Shown here: piece by piece, positions 19,575-29,663 of the stretch
Numbering within the stretch: the first letter of the stretch is position 1
How the letters are laid out: each line of letters begins with the position of its first letter
IMG/VR virus record: IMGVR_UViG_3300045825_000202
Coordinates: 31,793-95,792 of that record
DNA length: 64,000 nucleotides
DNA from: a virus
Direction: 5' to 3' (one strand)
Program-made: the position numbers and the translations under genes
Notes under the pieces: model-generated
Seen by the model: only the letters and a program-made list of their open reading frames with translations
The model's database searches: none
What the model was told of the DNA's origin: nothing

Positions 19575-20036
19575 ATGTTTCAATCTCAGATACCTTTTAT
19601 AATCCCATCTAATCCATATTTAGGCCCTAGTTTATTACCTAATGTACCCTGCGATGGACTTGATATAAACTTTACAGAGATAACCCAAGTTGGCCCAGCC
19701 GGACCACCGGGACCCGAGGGTCCAATAGGTCCACAGGGCCCGCCCGGTTCTTTAGCCGATGTACCTGTAACTCTAATAAGTACATCTACATATACTCCAA
19801 CTCTTAGTGAGTACTTTATAGGAGTAGTTAGTACTACTCCAACTACTATTACTTTACCAGTAGGAACTATAGGTAAAGTATTTGTAATTAAAGATAGCCT
19901 AGGTACTTCTAGTATTAACCCAATTACTATTAGTACTACTGGTTCAAATATAGACGGTAATACTGGTACTATAATTAATAATAATTGGGCTAGTATTACT
20001 CTAATATACGATGGGTCCGAATGGGGCATTGTATAG
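19575..20036 (+). CDS. Short collagen-repeat protein with fibre-like C-terminal beta domain
   Basis: GPAGPPGPEGPIGPQGPPG; TITLP..GKVFVIKD..IDG..SITLIYDGSEW. Confidence 0.75.
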   Translation: MFQSQIPFIIPSNPYLGPSLLPNVPCDGLDINFTEITQVGPAGPPGPEGPIGPQGPPGSLADVPVTLISTSTYTPTLSEYFIGVVSTTPTTITLPVGTIGKVFVIKDSLGTSSINPITISTTGSNIDGNTGTIINNNWASITLIYDGSEWGIV

Positions 20037-20054
20037 TTTTTAAAGGAATTCAAT

Positions 20055-20600
20055 ATGTCATATAATTCACCCCTAGGGTCAAAAACAGCCTTTGGTGTTT
20101 TAGAAGTGGGAACAAATCTTACAGTAACTGCTGGAGTAATAGATATTCCACAAAGTGTAGCAACTACTGCAGATCCTACTTTTGCTACAGTAACTAGTAC
20201 TGGAGCAGTAACCGATACGGGTAATCGGGTCCTTACAGGACTAACTGCTGGTACTAATGTTGCTATTACAGGTACAGCACCTAATCTAACTATTGATGTT
20301 ACTCCAGTTACTACTGTAGCTACTAGACTAGTTGTATTAACAGGTCCAGTACTTAATACAGACTATTATGTAGGTGTAGTTGCTGTAGTCCCAGTTACTT
20401 TAACTTTACCAGTAGGTGTTGCCGGTACTGAGGTTATAATTAAATCTGAAGTAGGTAATGCTGGTAATATTACCGTTGTAGGTAATATTGTAGGAGAAAC
20501 AGTTGAAGGATTTATTAGTCCTTTAGGCTACTCACTACCTTTTGCTAGTAATGCAAGTGTAACTTTAGTATATAGAGGCACTAACTGGAACGCAGTATAA
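20055..20600 (+). CDS. Fibre-like protein, paralog of the 19575 C-terminal domain
   Basis: YYVGV..TLTLP.G..G.EVIIK..SVTLVY.GTNW aligns with the previous ORF. Confidence 0.75.
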   Translation: MSYNSPLGSKTAFGVLEVGTNLTVTAGVIDIPQSVATTADPTFATVTSTGAVTDTGNRVLTGLTAGTNVAITGTAPNLTIDVTPVTTVATRLVVLTGPVLNTDYYVGVVAVVPVTLTLPVGVAGTEVIIKSEVGNAGNITVVGNIVGETVEGFISPLGYSLPFASNASVTLVYRGTNWNAV

Positions 20601-20601
20601 T

Positions 20602-20961
20602 ATGTTAACACAACTCCTTAATATAGTTACTCCAGAAGCACTTGCTTCTGCTGTAAGATCTAATCCTAAAGTAGTACAGGCCTCTTTACGTAAGTTTAGT
20701 ACCTATGTAGCTTTTGGAGACGCACTTAGTAGTAACCAACAAATAGTTGTATCTAATAATTTAGATAAACTAGAATCCTTTTTCAAAGATGATGTAGGTA
20801 AAAGAGCTGCGGTAACTTTTGTAGGGGAATTTTGTACTTTTGTATCTCAACTAGACCCACCTAAAGCTATTAAAGCACCTTTAATTGAAGCAACGGATAG
20901 AGCTGCTTTACGTGCTCAGATTGAGGAAGAAGTTAGAGCAGAGATGCTCTTAAAGAAATAA
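20602..20961 (+). CDS. Hypothetical protein
   Basis: Last gene of the operon before the convergent terminator. Confidence 0.7.
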   Translation: MLTQLLNIVTPEALASAVRSNPKVVQASLRKFSTYVAFGDALSSNQQIVVSNNLDKLESFFKDDVGKRAAVTFVGEFCTFVSQLDPPKAIKAPLIEATDRAALRAQIEEEVRAEMLLKK

Positions 20962-20994
20962 AAAACCCGCTTAGAGTAATCTAAGCGGGTTTTT
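20961..20994. terminator. Bidirectional rho-independent terminator
   Basis: aaaaacccgcttaga-gtaa-tctaagcgggttttt between convergent genes. Confidence 0.9.
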
Positions 20995-21000
20995 GCTATG

Positions 21001-23025
21001 CTAACGGATTGGGCAAGATCCAGTGGAACATTCATTACCACTAATTTCAGCGTCACTATTTACACTATCTAGATCAATTTCTAGTAACTGTAAAACATAT
21101 TTATCATACGTTTCTTTAGTAACAATCTGTTGAGGTAGATAGGCATACCCTAGATCTTCAGCGGTCTTAGTATGATCATTTCTAAATAAGAAACTAACTG
21201 CTACATAGTTATCCCAATTATGGAATAACCAGTCTACAATTTCTTCTGTCTCATCAATAGAGTATGAAATAGTACAGCTAACATTCTGATGGCAGTAACT
21301 ACTCATCAGCATCTTATACCTCTCTAGTTGAGTAATAGCAGACTCTAGGTTTAGTTCAACTCCATTTACTTCTGTAAACTCTACTCCATCATATTTAACT
21401 GGTAGTGCAATAATTACAGCACCTGGATCTGTAGGATGAGTTGTTACTTTATAGTTAGCACTACGAAGTATTGGGATTAAAGGATCATGAATACCAAAAC
21501 TAACATTATTAAATAAGTATCTACCTAGTGGAGTATGTACCCCCTCTGTAGAGTCAAAGCACTTACTAATCGTACCTTCCGGTTTTAATGCACTAACATT
21601 CTTCGGCAAAGGTGTACCTAATTCTTTAGCCATAGTATACGTAGCAAAAGTAGCTATACGCTCAATTCTAGTATACTCATACGCTAGCATATCTGGACGC
21701 ATAGCAATACCCATTAAACTTACACCACAAAGATGTAAATGAGCGTTACTTAGATTCCATTTCTCTTGAAGAATACCATCATTGAAATCTACAATAGTCT
21801 GCCTATAATTAGCTCTAGCAACTACCTCAGTTGCACGTAGAAGTCCTTGCATATTAGATTTAAACTTAGATACGTCGATTGTTACAAGGTTACATGTTCC
21901 ACCGTCTGGGAGCAAAATTTCATAACAGGGATTAAGTCCCTTTGCCCATGGAGCTCTTGCAAGCATATGCTGAGCATTAACAAAACCGGGCTCCCCATTA
22001 CCACCTTTATTAAGCATACCAAAAATACTAGTTAGTTCTTCATGCGAGGGCTTATTAAAGAAAAGTAACGAGTTATTGCTTTGATGTCGATGATATTTCC
22101 CATTAGATTTAATGTCTGCCTTTAGATTCACAAACTCTTTCCAGCGAGGATTTTCTCTAGACATTAGTAAAGATTCTGCAGCACGTCTAGTAGATAGCAC
22201 TGTACCTAATAGATTAATGATATCCCCGATATCAATCTCGGTTAATAGTGAATCAGCTTTAGCATTTAGTATATTAAAGATTTCTAGATATGCAGTAGCT
22301 AGTCCAGTATCAGATTGACTTAACCACCCATAGTTACGTAGTCTAGCTCCTGCGCCTCTAATCTGTGTAAAATCTAGTACTAGTGTTTTAGCAGGGTATT
22401 TACATGCTAATAGTTTACCAATAGATTTAGCCCATGCTCTAGCAGAATCCCCTACTTTAATAGTCCATGTATTACTATCTGGGTCCCATGACTCTAAATT
22501 ATTTTCTGGACCCTTATCTGTAGGTGCTCTAGTAGTACGGATAATTCTAATATTAGGGATATGCTCTCTAAAACCTGTTAGGGTACCTACTTCAGGTAGA
22601 CCTGTAACTCCTGCTCCATTTAGTAATCCCCAAAATAGATCTACTATATCGTGTACAGTAGTTACTTTAATAAAAGCACAGTTAAACTGACTTAACTCTA
22701 CACTCTTTCCAATAGGTGTACCACCCAACCACAGAGTTCTTCCCGCTACACAAACCTTACGTTCTAGCATAAGATCTCGTAGTTCCATTAATTCAGTAAC
22801 CTGTTCATTACTTAAAGATACCCACTCTTGCATATCTTCAGTAATATCATGTAGAGGCATTTCTGGAATATTTGAGTGGGTAAGCGCACGTTCCCACAGC
22901 CACTGTTGATGGTTAGTTACACGATTAATTGTATCTTCCCATGTTTCAAAGATAGTACCTTCTTCATTAAGTGGTCTATTATAGGTTCTTCGCGTAATTA
23001 TCTGTGCTCGTGTACTTACCATCAA
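21001..23025 (-). CDS. nrdJ: Class II (B12-dependent) ribonucleotide reductase
   Basis: RTYNRP, FNC, GEPG, NPCYEI, KPEGTISK and C-terminal CxxGxCP; no beta-subunit gene nearby. Confidence 0.9.
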   Translation of the reverse strand: MMVSTRAQIITRRTYNRPLNEEGTIFETWEDTINRVTNHQQWLWERALTHSNIPEMPLHDITEDMQEWVSLSNEQVTELMELRDLMLERKVCVAGRTLWLGGTPIGKSVELSQFNCAFIKVTTVHDIVDLFWGLLNGAGVTGLPEVGTLTGFREHIPNIRIIRTTRAPTDKGPENNLESWDPDSNTWTIKVGDSARAWAKSIGKLLACKYPAKTLVLDFTQIRGAGARLRNYGWLSQSDTGLATAYLEIFNILNAKADSLLTEIDIGDIINLLGTVLSTRRAAESLLMSRENPRWKEFVNLKADIKSNGKYHRHQSNNSLLFFNKPSHEELTSIFGMLNKGGNGEPGFVNAQHMLARAPWAKGLNPCYEILLPDGGTCNLVTIDVSKFKSNMQGLLRATEVVARANYRQTIVDFNDGILQEKWNLSNAHLHLCGVSLMGIAMRPDMLAYEYTRIERIATFATYTMAKELGTPLPKNVSALKPEGTISKCFDSTEGVHTPLGRYLFNNVSFGIHDPLIPILRSANYKVTTHPTDPGAVIIALPVKYDGVEFTEVNGVELNLESAITQLERYKMLMSSYCHQNVSCTISYSIDETEEIVDWLFHNWDNYVAVSFLFRNDHTKTAEDLGYAYLPQQIVTKETYDKYVLQLLEIDLDSVNSDAEISGNECSTGSCPIR

Positions 23026-23193
23026 TTATTTCCCTTTATAACTCTACGCCCAACTGCTGAAATAAAACTACTTCTTAAATGGTCTAATACGTTCTCAATT
23101 GTATGTTTCTCTTCCTGGTCATATGCCATAGGTAGTAATATCCTATCTAAAGTCTTAATTGCCTCAGCAATTTTAGTTTCTGCTTCATTCATT

Positions 23194-23631
23194 TTATACT
23201 CCAGTTGAACCAAATCCACCAGTTCCACGCTCCGTATCATTCCATTCTTCTTCAGTACCTTCAAATTCTACAAACTTTGCTAGTATAATAGGGCTGATGA
23301 CTAACTGCGCAATTCTAGTAGAATAAGGATAGATAAAGTAAGGCTCTTCTCCATTATTTTTTAGTAGGACTTTAACGGTGGCAGTGTAGCCTGAATCAAT
23401 AATTCCGGTTCCGTTAGCAATTTGAACTCCAATCTTACCTTGCGAACTCCTATTGAAAACAAAGCCTACGTATCCTACTGGAATTTTAATTGCTACTCCT
23501 GTATCAATCATTTCTTGTTCGCCTGGGTAGATATGAACTTCTGTGTTAGAGAATAGGTCCGCACCTGCATCTGTTTCATGTGCCCTATATGGATTTAACC
23601 CATAGTTATCTAGTTTAGTTACGATATTCAA
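23194..23631 (-). CDS. dut: dUTPase (trimeric)
   Basis: AGADL, RSS, GIIDSGY, RIAQLV, RGTGGFGSTG. Confidence 0.96.
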   Translation of the reverse strand: MNIVTKLDNYGLNPYRAHETDAGADLFSNTEVHIYPGEQEMIDTGVAIKIPVGYVGFVFNRSSQGKIGVQIANGTGIIDSGYTATVKVLLKNNGEEPYFIYPYSTRIAQLVISPIILAKFVEFEGTEEEWNDTERGTGGFGSTGV

Positions 23632-24464
23632 AGATAGTCCTTTAGTTGTTGATCTAGTTTTTTAATATTTTCTTCTCCAATAGCTTCTTCACAGTATGTT
23701 ACTAAGTCCATAAGTTGATAGTTAAGCTGTAGATTATCTACCCCAAATCTATTTAAAGATTCAATGTACTTATACTTGCCCTGTAAGGGCATAGCCGCCA
23801 TGATATCATATACTGATCCGTACTCTTGTACCAATGAGTGCGCGCGTTTAGGACCAATACCTGCTACACCGTTTACATTGTCGCCCGCATCACCCTGCAA
23901 AATTTTAATACTAATATAGTCTTCCGGTTCCCAATCGTAGTGTTCGTGCCAGTTCTCTACTGTAAATTCTTTTCTAGTAACATAGCTAAACTGAGATACT
24001 CTATCTCCAACTAGAAGATTCAGATCCCGATCTGAACTTACGATCCAGATATGGTCTTTACCTAAGCGTTTAACTTTAGAGCAGATGAAAGCAATAGTAT
24101 CATCTGCTTCTACTCCTTGATAGCGAATGATAGGGTAATCTGAGTTTTCTGCTACATATACTAAAGACGCTTCAAAACTCTGGAAGAAAGCTTCAAACTC
24201 CTCTCGTTCTCGATCAGTCTGAGCGTCCTGCTTTTGTTTACGGTTATACTTATACTCAGGATATATACCTTTTCTATAGGAAGAGCCGCCTTTATCTACA
24301 CATACTATAACCTTATCAGCCTTATAGGATCGCTTTAGACTATTAATCATTTCTAGATACTTCTTATAGTAATCTACTGTACCTCTAAAGGAGAAACTCA
24401 TATTAAGCCCGTCTACTAGAAGTAGGTTATTACCTGATTCGGTCATTGATTTAAATGTTTTCAT
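23628..24464 (-). CDS. D15: Flap endonuclease / 5'-3' exonuclease (T5 D15-like)
   Basis: LLVDG.N, YPEYK.NR, EADD, SSDRD, GD.GDN..GV.GIGPKRA. Confidence 0.92.
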   Translation of the reverse strand: MKTFKSMTESGNNLLLVDGLNMSFSFRGTVDYYKKYLEMINSLKRSYKADKVIVCVDKGGSSYRKGIYPEYKYNRKQKQDAQTDREREEFEAFFQSFEASLVYVAENSDYPIIRYQGVEADDTIAFICSKVKRLGKDHIWIVSSDRDLNLLVGDRVSQFSYVTRKEFTVENWHEHYDWEPEDYISIKILQGDAGDNVNGVAGIGPKRAHSLVQEYGSVYDIMAAMPLQGKYKYIESLNRFGVDNLQLNYQLMDLVTYCEEAIGEENIKKLDQQLKDYL

Positions 24465-24907
24465 GTAAATTTAGGATTCTCTTGTTTTATCCATTGCTCA
24501 AGTAGGGATATATAGAAACTATGTTCTCCAATACTAATAAATACATGATCTACAGTATTAGGAATATCCGCATAAGCAGCAAAGATTTTACTTCTATCGA
24601 ATTTAAATAAAAGAAGGGGCTTACGGTTAGTCTGTACCCCTTGTCTTACTGCTTGCTGCCAGAATTGAATTAATTGTGGATTTTTTGAACTTAGGATCTT
24701 TGAATCAAATTGCTCGTCGGTGTAGTTCTTACATTCAATGCAGAATATATTATTGATACCTACTAGATAAATATCGCCCTTTAATTGATGCTTAGGGTCA
24801 AGTGCTCCACTACCAGGTACACGTTCGAATGGTAGTCCTGTCAACTCACGCAACTTATCCCTAATCACGGTCTCACCACGAGCACCTTTCTGATTACTAG
24901 TAACCAT
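24461..24907 (-). CDS. D14: Holliday-junction resolvase-like endonuclease (T5 D14-like)
   Basis: KGARGE, RVPGSGA, GDI, IECK, WQQA (PD-(D/E)xK); T5 gene order. Confidence 0.85.
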   Translation of the reverse strand: MVTSNQKGARGETVIRDKLRELTGLPFERVPGSGALDPKHQLKGDIYLVGINNIFCIECKNYTDEQFDSKILSSKNPQLIQFWQQAVRQGVQTNRKPLLLFKFDRSKIFAAYADIPNTVDHVFISIGEHSFYISLLEQWIKQENPKFT

Positions 24908-25083
24908 TAAGGGGCTAGTCCAAAGTGAGTAATAAACATTTCTAGTGGTAGTGAGTGCTCTTGCGATTTAAGAACTCTAGTAAATACTACTGTTTTTACA
25001 CCGTCCTGATAGTCTACACTTACTACGTTTACTATATCCTTATGTATAGACTTATTATAGTATAGTTTGTTTACTTCAATCAT
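24907..25083 (-). CDS. Small hypothetical protein (58 aa, not in the ORF track)
   Basis: MIEVNKLYYNK..HFGLAP*; fills the gap exactly, GGAG RBS. Confidence 0.6.
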   Translation of the reverse strand: MIEVNKLYYNKSIHKDIVNVVSVDYQDGVKTVVFTRVLKSQEHSLPLEMFITHFGLAP

Positions 25084-25084
25084 A

Positions 25085-26881
25085 TTACTCCAATTTGCTA
25101 ATATTATTTTCTTTTAATACTTCTAATTTCTCAATAAGTGGGTGGCTAAACGAATGACTAATTAATAGTACATTTAGTGATTCCTCATTTAAAAGCACTT
25201 CTACTAGCCTTTCCTTACCCTCGCTATCGAGTACCTCAATAGTTTCATCTAAAATAAGTAAATTAGTTCGGCTATTAGAAATTGATTGCATAAGCTTACG
25301 GATAGCAAGTAGCGTAGATATTAAAACTCTTGCGCGCTCGCCAGAAGATAGAGCGGCAATATCAATATCTTTAGAATTATCTGTAATAACCACATTTAGT
25401 TTGTCCGATACTACAACGAAAGATAATTGAAATCTGCCATCAGACATTACTGCTAGATACTCGTTAGTAAGGGCTTCTAGATCTTTAACCATACATTCAA
25501 TTTTTAGTGCAACTAAGCCAGTGTTACTAAATGTCTTGACCAGAATCTGTAAATTACTTAGTTCGGCTACGCGTAGCTTAAGTTCTTCACTAAGTACTAG
25601 ACGCTCGGCAGTCATTTCTACTAGCTGCTCAGATACTACCTTAGCCTTTGAATTATGTTCAGTAATAGTCTTATTTCGTAATCTAGTAGCTGCTATTGCT
25701 GATTCAGAAACTTTTATAGACGCAGTATAAGAAGCAATTTCTTTATCTAGTACGTCTTTATCAAGTAACTCAGAAGGCATACTAGGGTCAATAAGCATGT
25801 GATACTTTTCCCACTCTTGAACCTTTTTATCGTACTCTTGATAAACTTTATTGGCTCGTTCAGCGTCCTTAATATTAGATTCTAGCTTATCTAACTCTGC
25901 CTGTAGTATAGGTTTTTTACTAATAAAATTAGTAACTCTAGTAAACATAACTAAGTTGTCCATATCCTGAGAACAGGTAGGACACTTAATTATCTTAGTT
26001 GAAGGTTTCTTAGATAGAGCTAATCCATCTTTTAGTTCTTGCTGAATACTGCCTACTCGTAGTACCCATTCCTTTAATAGAGGATGGTCAGGTTTAGTAT
26101 AAGGACTATCAATATTAATACTAGCTAATACAGTCTTATAAGTATTATTCTGCGAAATCTTCTTATTAGTAGTACTAATATTAGTTAGTTCTTTATTTAA
26201 TAAAACTACTTGCTCTCGCATTCCTACTGGTTCAGGAATTTCTTCTTCTAGTTCTTTAATAGTCAGGTCTGTTTTAGAGTACTTAGTTAACCAGTTATTA
26301 ATAGTCTCTATCTTAGCAGAAATAGTATCTACCTGTTTAGACATACCACTAGCTAGTTCTTTAAATACATCTAGTGCTTTAGTATACTTACCTAGATTAA
26401 GTAGATCAATTAGAAACTTCTTTCTAGTTGAATCAGTAGCAGTTAAGAACTCAAGTGAAGATACACTGCTTTGGTAGACGATCTGACTGAAAGTCTTATG
26501 GTCAAATCCTAGGATATATTCTATTTGCTTATATGTTCCAGTTGCTGTCTTAAGACTGATGTCTTCTTCATTACGAAATAGCTTAACTGTGCTAGTAGAG
26601 ATAGTTCTAACAGTATTAACAGTAAACGGTACACCATCTTTTTCAAACCTTACTTCAATTGAATAGTTCTTTGACTTAACGTAGCGATTAAGAATATCTG
26701 CTTTCTTAATCTTTTTAGAGTTAGTATTAAATAGGCACTCTTCAATAATAAGTGCAATAGAACTCTTACCATTACCGTTCTTACCTACTAGTTGAGTAAG
26801 AATATTCTCGTCTAATCGTATTTTATTGCTCTCACCATATGAGAAGCAGTTAGACCAGCTAACTTCAGTAAATTTAATCAT
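25085..26881 (-). CDS. D13: SbcC/Rad50-like recombination ATPase (T5 D13-like)
   Basis: GKNGNGKSS Walker A, CPTC zinc hook, LSSGE, LILDE. Confidence 0.93.
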   Translation of the reverse strand: MIKFTEVSWSNCFSYGESNKIRLDENILTQLVGKNGNGKSSIALIIEECLFNTNSKKIKKADILNRYVKSKNYSIEVRFEKDGVPFTVNTVRTISTSTVKLFRNEEDISLKTATGTYKQIEYILGFDHKTFSQIVYQSSVSSLEFLTATDSTRKKFLIDLLNLGKYTKALDVFKELASGMSKQVDTISAKIETINNWLTKYSKTDLTIKELEEEIPEPVGMREQVVLLNKELTNISTTNKKISQNNTYKTVLASINIDSPYTKPDHPLLKEWVLRVGSIQQELKDGLALSKKPSTKIIKCPTCSQDMDNLVMFTRVTNFISKKPILQAELDKLESNIKDAERANKVYQEYDKKVQEWEKYHMLIDPSMPSELLDKDVLDKEIASYTASIKVSESAIAATRLRNKTITEHNSKAKVVSEQLVEMTAERLVLSEELKLRVAELSNLQILVKTFSNTGLVALKIECMVKDLEALTNEYLAVMSDGRFQLSFVVVSDKLNVVITDNSKDIDIAALSSGERARVLISTLLAIRKLMQSISNSRTNLLILDETIEVLDSEGKERLVEVLLNEESLNVLLISHSFSHPLIEKLEVLKENNISKLE

Positions 26882-27830
26882 CTATCTTATTCATATTATT
26901 ATTTAGTAGATCAATTGCTGCATCTACAGTTTTCTGATCTAGTTCAAGAACATAAAGTAGGTATTCCTGAACTTCCTCCTGCAAGCTCATATTAGGGTCT
27001 AGTATGAGAGTAGTATCAGTACTTCTAGTAACTAACTTCTTATCTATTAAATCATTATCAGCAATAGTACCTAGTTCTGACATATCGCCTTCTAGTTCAT
27101 ATATTGTATGATCGTAGTCAGTCGCTACCATAGGATCGCCTGCTCTAATAGTTTTTCTGATAAGTTGAGGTACAGTAATTTTTATCCATTCAATATTGTG
27201 ATCCTCAGTATTGAATATAATTACTCCAGTATCTACTTTAGTTCTGTGAAAACTAGTTGTTAATGGCGAACCCGGGTAGTTTAGGTTCCTTTGGGAATTT
27301 TCCCTAGAGTGTAAGTCACCAAGAAGTACTATCTTAAATCGGTCAAATATACTAAGATCAACTTCAGGCTTTACATATGGAGGAATTGCTCCTCTACAAT
27401 GCGTAAACAACACATCAGACTGTAACGAGTCATTACCATTCTTTTCAAAGTCTTTTAAGCAGTTATACGGAATAAAATCTAATCCTTGATACGTATAGTA
27501 GTTATCAATAATTCTTACTAAAGGATTAATAGCGTTAGTGACTTCTTTAAGATGAGTAAGAAACGTAGTACTTTTACCTACTGCACAGTGGTTACCGGGG
27601 ATAATAATAGTTTCTACGGTAGACTTCTTAATAAACTCAAAGTAAAGAGATAACTCCTCCATCGAAGGTAACTTATCGAACAAATCCCCTGCTATTACGT
27701 GTAACGTAACTTTACTCTCTAACTTATGAATTTCTTCAAATAGAATTCGGTATCTATTTATTGCCCAGTCTTTGGGCACGCTCTTTTGAGAGAGTTTCAG
27801 GTGATAATCACAGCTTACTAATATGTTCAT
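26874..27830 (-). CDS. D12: SbcD/Mre11-like nuclease (T5 D12-like)
   Basis: DYH, GDLFD, GNH, GDLH, YPGSP phosphoesterase motifs. Confidence 0.92.
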   Translation of the reverse strand: MNILVSCDYHLKLSQKSVPKDWAINRYRILFEEIHKLESKVTLHVIAGDLFDKLPSMEELSLYFEFIKKSTVETIIIPGNHCAVGKSTTFLTHLKEVTNAINPLVRIIDNYYTYQGLDFIPYNCLKDFEKNGNDSLQSDVLFTHCRGAIPPYVKPEVDLSIFDRFKIVLLGDLHSRENSQRNLNYPGSPLTTSFHRTKVDTGVIIFNTEDHNIEWIKITVPQLIRKTIRAGDPMVATDYDHTIYELEGDMSELGTIADNDLIDKKLVTRSTDTTLILDPNMSLQEEVQEYLLYVLELDQKTVDAAIDLLNNNMNKIDD

Positions 27831-28507
27831 ATATTGTGTTCTACCTTAAACTTCTCATACGCTTCCGATGCTAATTCAGGAGTAGTAAAATAACCTAAAA
27901 AGAATTTCTCTCCTCTATTAGTTATAGAGGATTTCCATCCATCAGGAGTATAACATACTCCTGTATACCCAGAAATATTTCTACTACTAATAGTAGTATT
28001 ACGCTTATTAGTACTTCGATCTACATCCCTAAGATTACTAATACTATTATTGGTAGGATTCCTATCTATATGATCTATAAATTCTGTTGGCCATACCTTA
28101 TATGTGTATAACCATGCTAACCTATGTGCATAATACTGGTGTTTACCTAGAGTAATTACTACATATCCATCATCTTTAGTACATCCTGCAATACTACCAA
28201 TTTTAGCAGTAAACTTTCTATTTTCTTTCCATTTAAATATACCTGTTAAAGAATTATACTCTAGAACATCCACTAATTCTTCATAGGTTATAGTACTAGA
28301 TATTTCAGTATACTGTTTGTACACACCAGTTAAAAATAGAGATTTAAGTAATAGTGTTGTATACTTTATAGTATCAATACGGGTCCGTCTAACTGACATA
28401 TCTACTACGTCGCCTTTAATCCTTTTCCTGTCCGTATACTTCCAAGTAATCTGGTCAGTTTCGGGGTTATAGTCCCATAGTTCTTGTAATCGTTGTTGTG
28501 TTGCCAT
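27827..28507 (-). CDS. HNH homing endonuclease with AP2 domain
   Basis: YAHRLAW, IDHIDRNPTNNSISNLR, SGYTGV, LGYF..PELA. Confidence 0.9.
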   Translation of the reverse strand: MATQQRLQELWDYNPETDQITWKYTDRKRIKGDVVDMSVRRTRIDTIKYTTLLLKSLFLTGVYKQYTEISSTITYEELVDVLEYNSLTGIFKWKENRKFTAKIGSIAGCTKDDGYVVITLGKHQYYAHRLAWLYTYKVWPTEFIDHIDRNPTNNSISNLRDVDRSTNKRNTTISSRNISGYTGVCYTPDGWKSSITNRGEKFFLGYFTTPELASEAYEKFKVEHNI

Positions 28508-28556
28508 AGTAGTATAAATAGCCGCTATAGATTAACTCCATAGCGGCTTATTTAGT

Positions 28557-29210
28557 TTAGGTCAAATCACTCACCGCTTCTGCATCAATACCAGTTTCAG
28601 TAGGTACATCATCTTCCTCACTAAGACCCTTCTTTACTTTCTCAAGTAACTTAAGAATCTCATCACTAGTAGGAAGTGGGAACTTTTCATCAATAGTAAG
28701 GGCTGCTGCAACTACTGTGCGTTCAGCTTCAGTAAGAGGACGTTTCTTAAGTTTAAGAACAGATAAGGTATATTCAACATTAAAAGCGGCACTTCCCGTT
28801 TTAACCTTTTTGAATACAATGTCAAAACCTTCATCAGGATCAGTAGGGTCAAGACCTAGATCTTCTGCAGCAGAAAGAATCTGAGCAAATAACTTCTTTT
28901 TCAAGTTAAATACCTTAACCTTACCATCAGTAGGGTCAATACAATTGACTGAGTATGCCCACGAGCATTTTTGCTCAGGGAAGAAGTCTTGAACATGATC
29001 CACTTGATTATTATTAAACTTCTCTTCTTCACGAGAGAAGGATAAACATTCCGCTGGAATCTGTTTACCATTACCTGTAGTTAACCAATATAAATACCTG
29101 GGTAGTAGTCCACCTACCATACGTAGTACATTCTCATTGTCTTTAATCTTGTAAGATTCATGACTATTCTTAATTGCAGAGCCATTTGTTGTTTTAAAGC
29201 TAATCGCCAT
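28557..29210 (-). CDS. D11: ssDNA-binding protein (T5 D11-like)
   Basis: LPRY.YW, LKKKLF.QI, DPTD..GFD, VEY.L and acidic tail; start taken at MAISFK (29210) rather than 29261. Confidence 0.8.
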   Translation of the reverse strand: MAISFKTTNGSAIKNSHESYKIKDNENVLRMVGGLLPRYLYWLTTGNGKQIPAECLSFSREEEKFNNNQVDHVQDFFPEQKCSWAYSVNCIDPTDGKVKVFNLKKKLFAQILSAAEDLGLDPTDPDEGFDIVFKKVKTGSAAFNVEYTLSVLKLKKRPLTEAERTVVAAALTIDEKFPLPTSDEILKLLEKVKKGLSEEDDVPTETGIDAEAVSDLT

Positions 29211-29264
29211 ATTATTTCTTTCTAGTTTGTTTTGGTTTATTTGACTTATATTAAGGTACAATAC

Positions 29265-29663
29265 TTAGTCAGAGTATTGTACTGGTAATTCCTCATACTT
29301 AAATTTAATCTCGGTAGGACTAATAATAAGTAAAGGATTATGACTAATTGCACTATGATTCAAGTCCGGGTAGAACGAAGTTTCTAGTGCTTTATACTTG
29401 TACTGCTTATAGAGTAAGTAATCTCGCATAGCCGCAAGTTTTAGATACTGTAGTTTGTACAGTATATCCGTAGTTTTGTCATCTAAGAAAGGCTTAGGGT
29501 TGACTAAAAACGAGTGGCCGTGTATCGGAACACGCGAAGGAGGAAACTTATCCCTTTTTGAGGGGATAGTCTTTTTATTATAGTGGTGAGTTAGAAGAGT
29601 AAATAGTTTTAAGGTATTACCTGCTGCCTGCTCTTCTAGTAGTTTCTGATTGAAAAATATCAT
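29265..29663 (-). CDS. Conserved T5-like hypothetical protein
   Basis: HSFLVNP..QYLKLAAMRDY..NPLL..FKYE; position between D10 and D11. Confidence 0.7.
   Translation of the reverse strand: MIFFNQKLLEEQAAGNTLKLFTLLTHHYNKKTIPSKRDKFPPSRVPIHGHSFLVNPKPFLDDKTTDILYKLQYLKLAAMRDYLLYKQYKYKALETSFYPDLNHSAISHNPLLIISPTEIKFKYEELPVQYSD

Noticed and set aside
1127-20053. Short antisense or nested ORFs inside structural genes (e.g. 1127, 2441, 7901, 17400, 18388, 19586)
   Set aside because: They are shadows of longer, well-supported genes with no independent motifs.
23022-23264. 80-aa ORF as given in the track
   Set aside because: It overlaps dut by 70 nt; a shorter gene from the ATG near 23190 (MNEAETK) is more plausible but has no supporting motif, so it is not listed.
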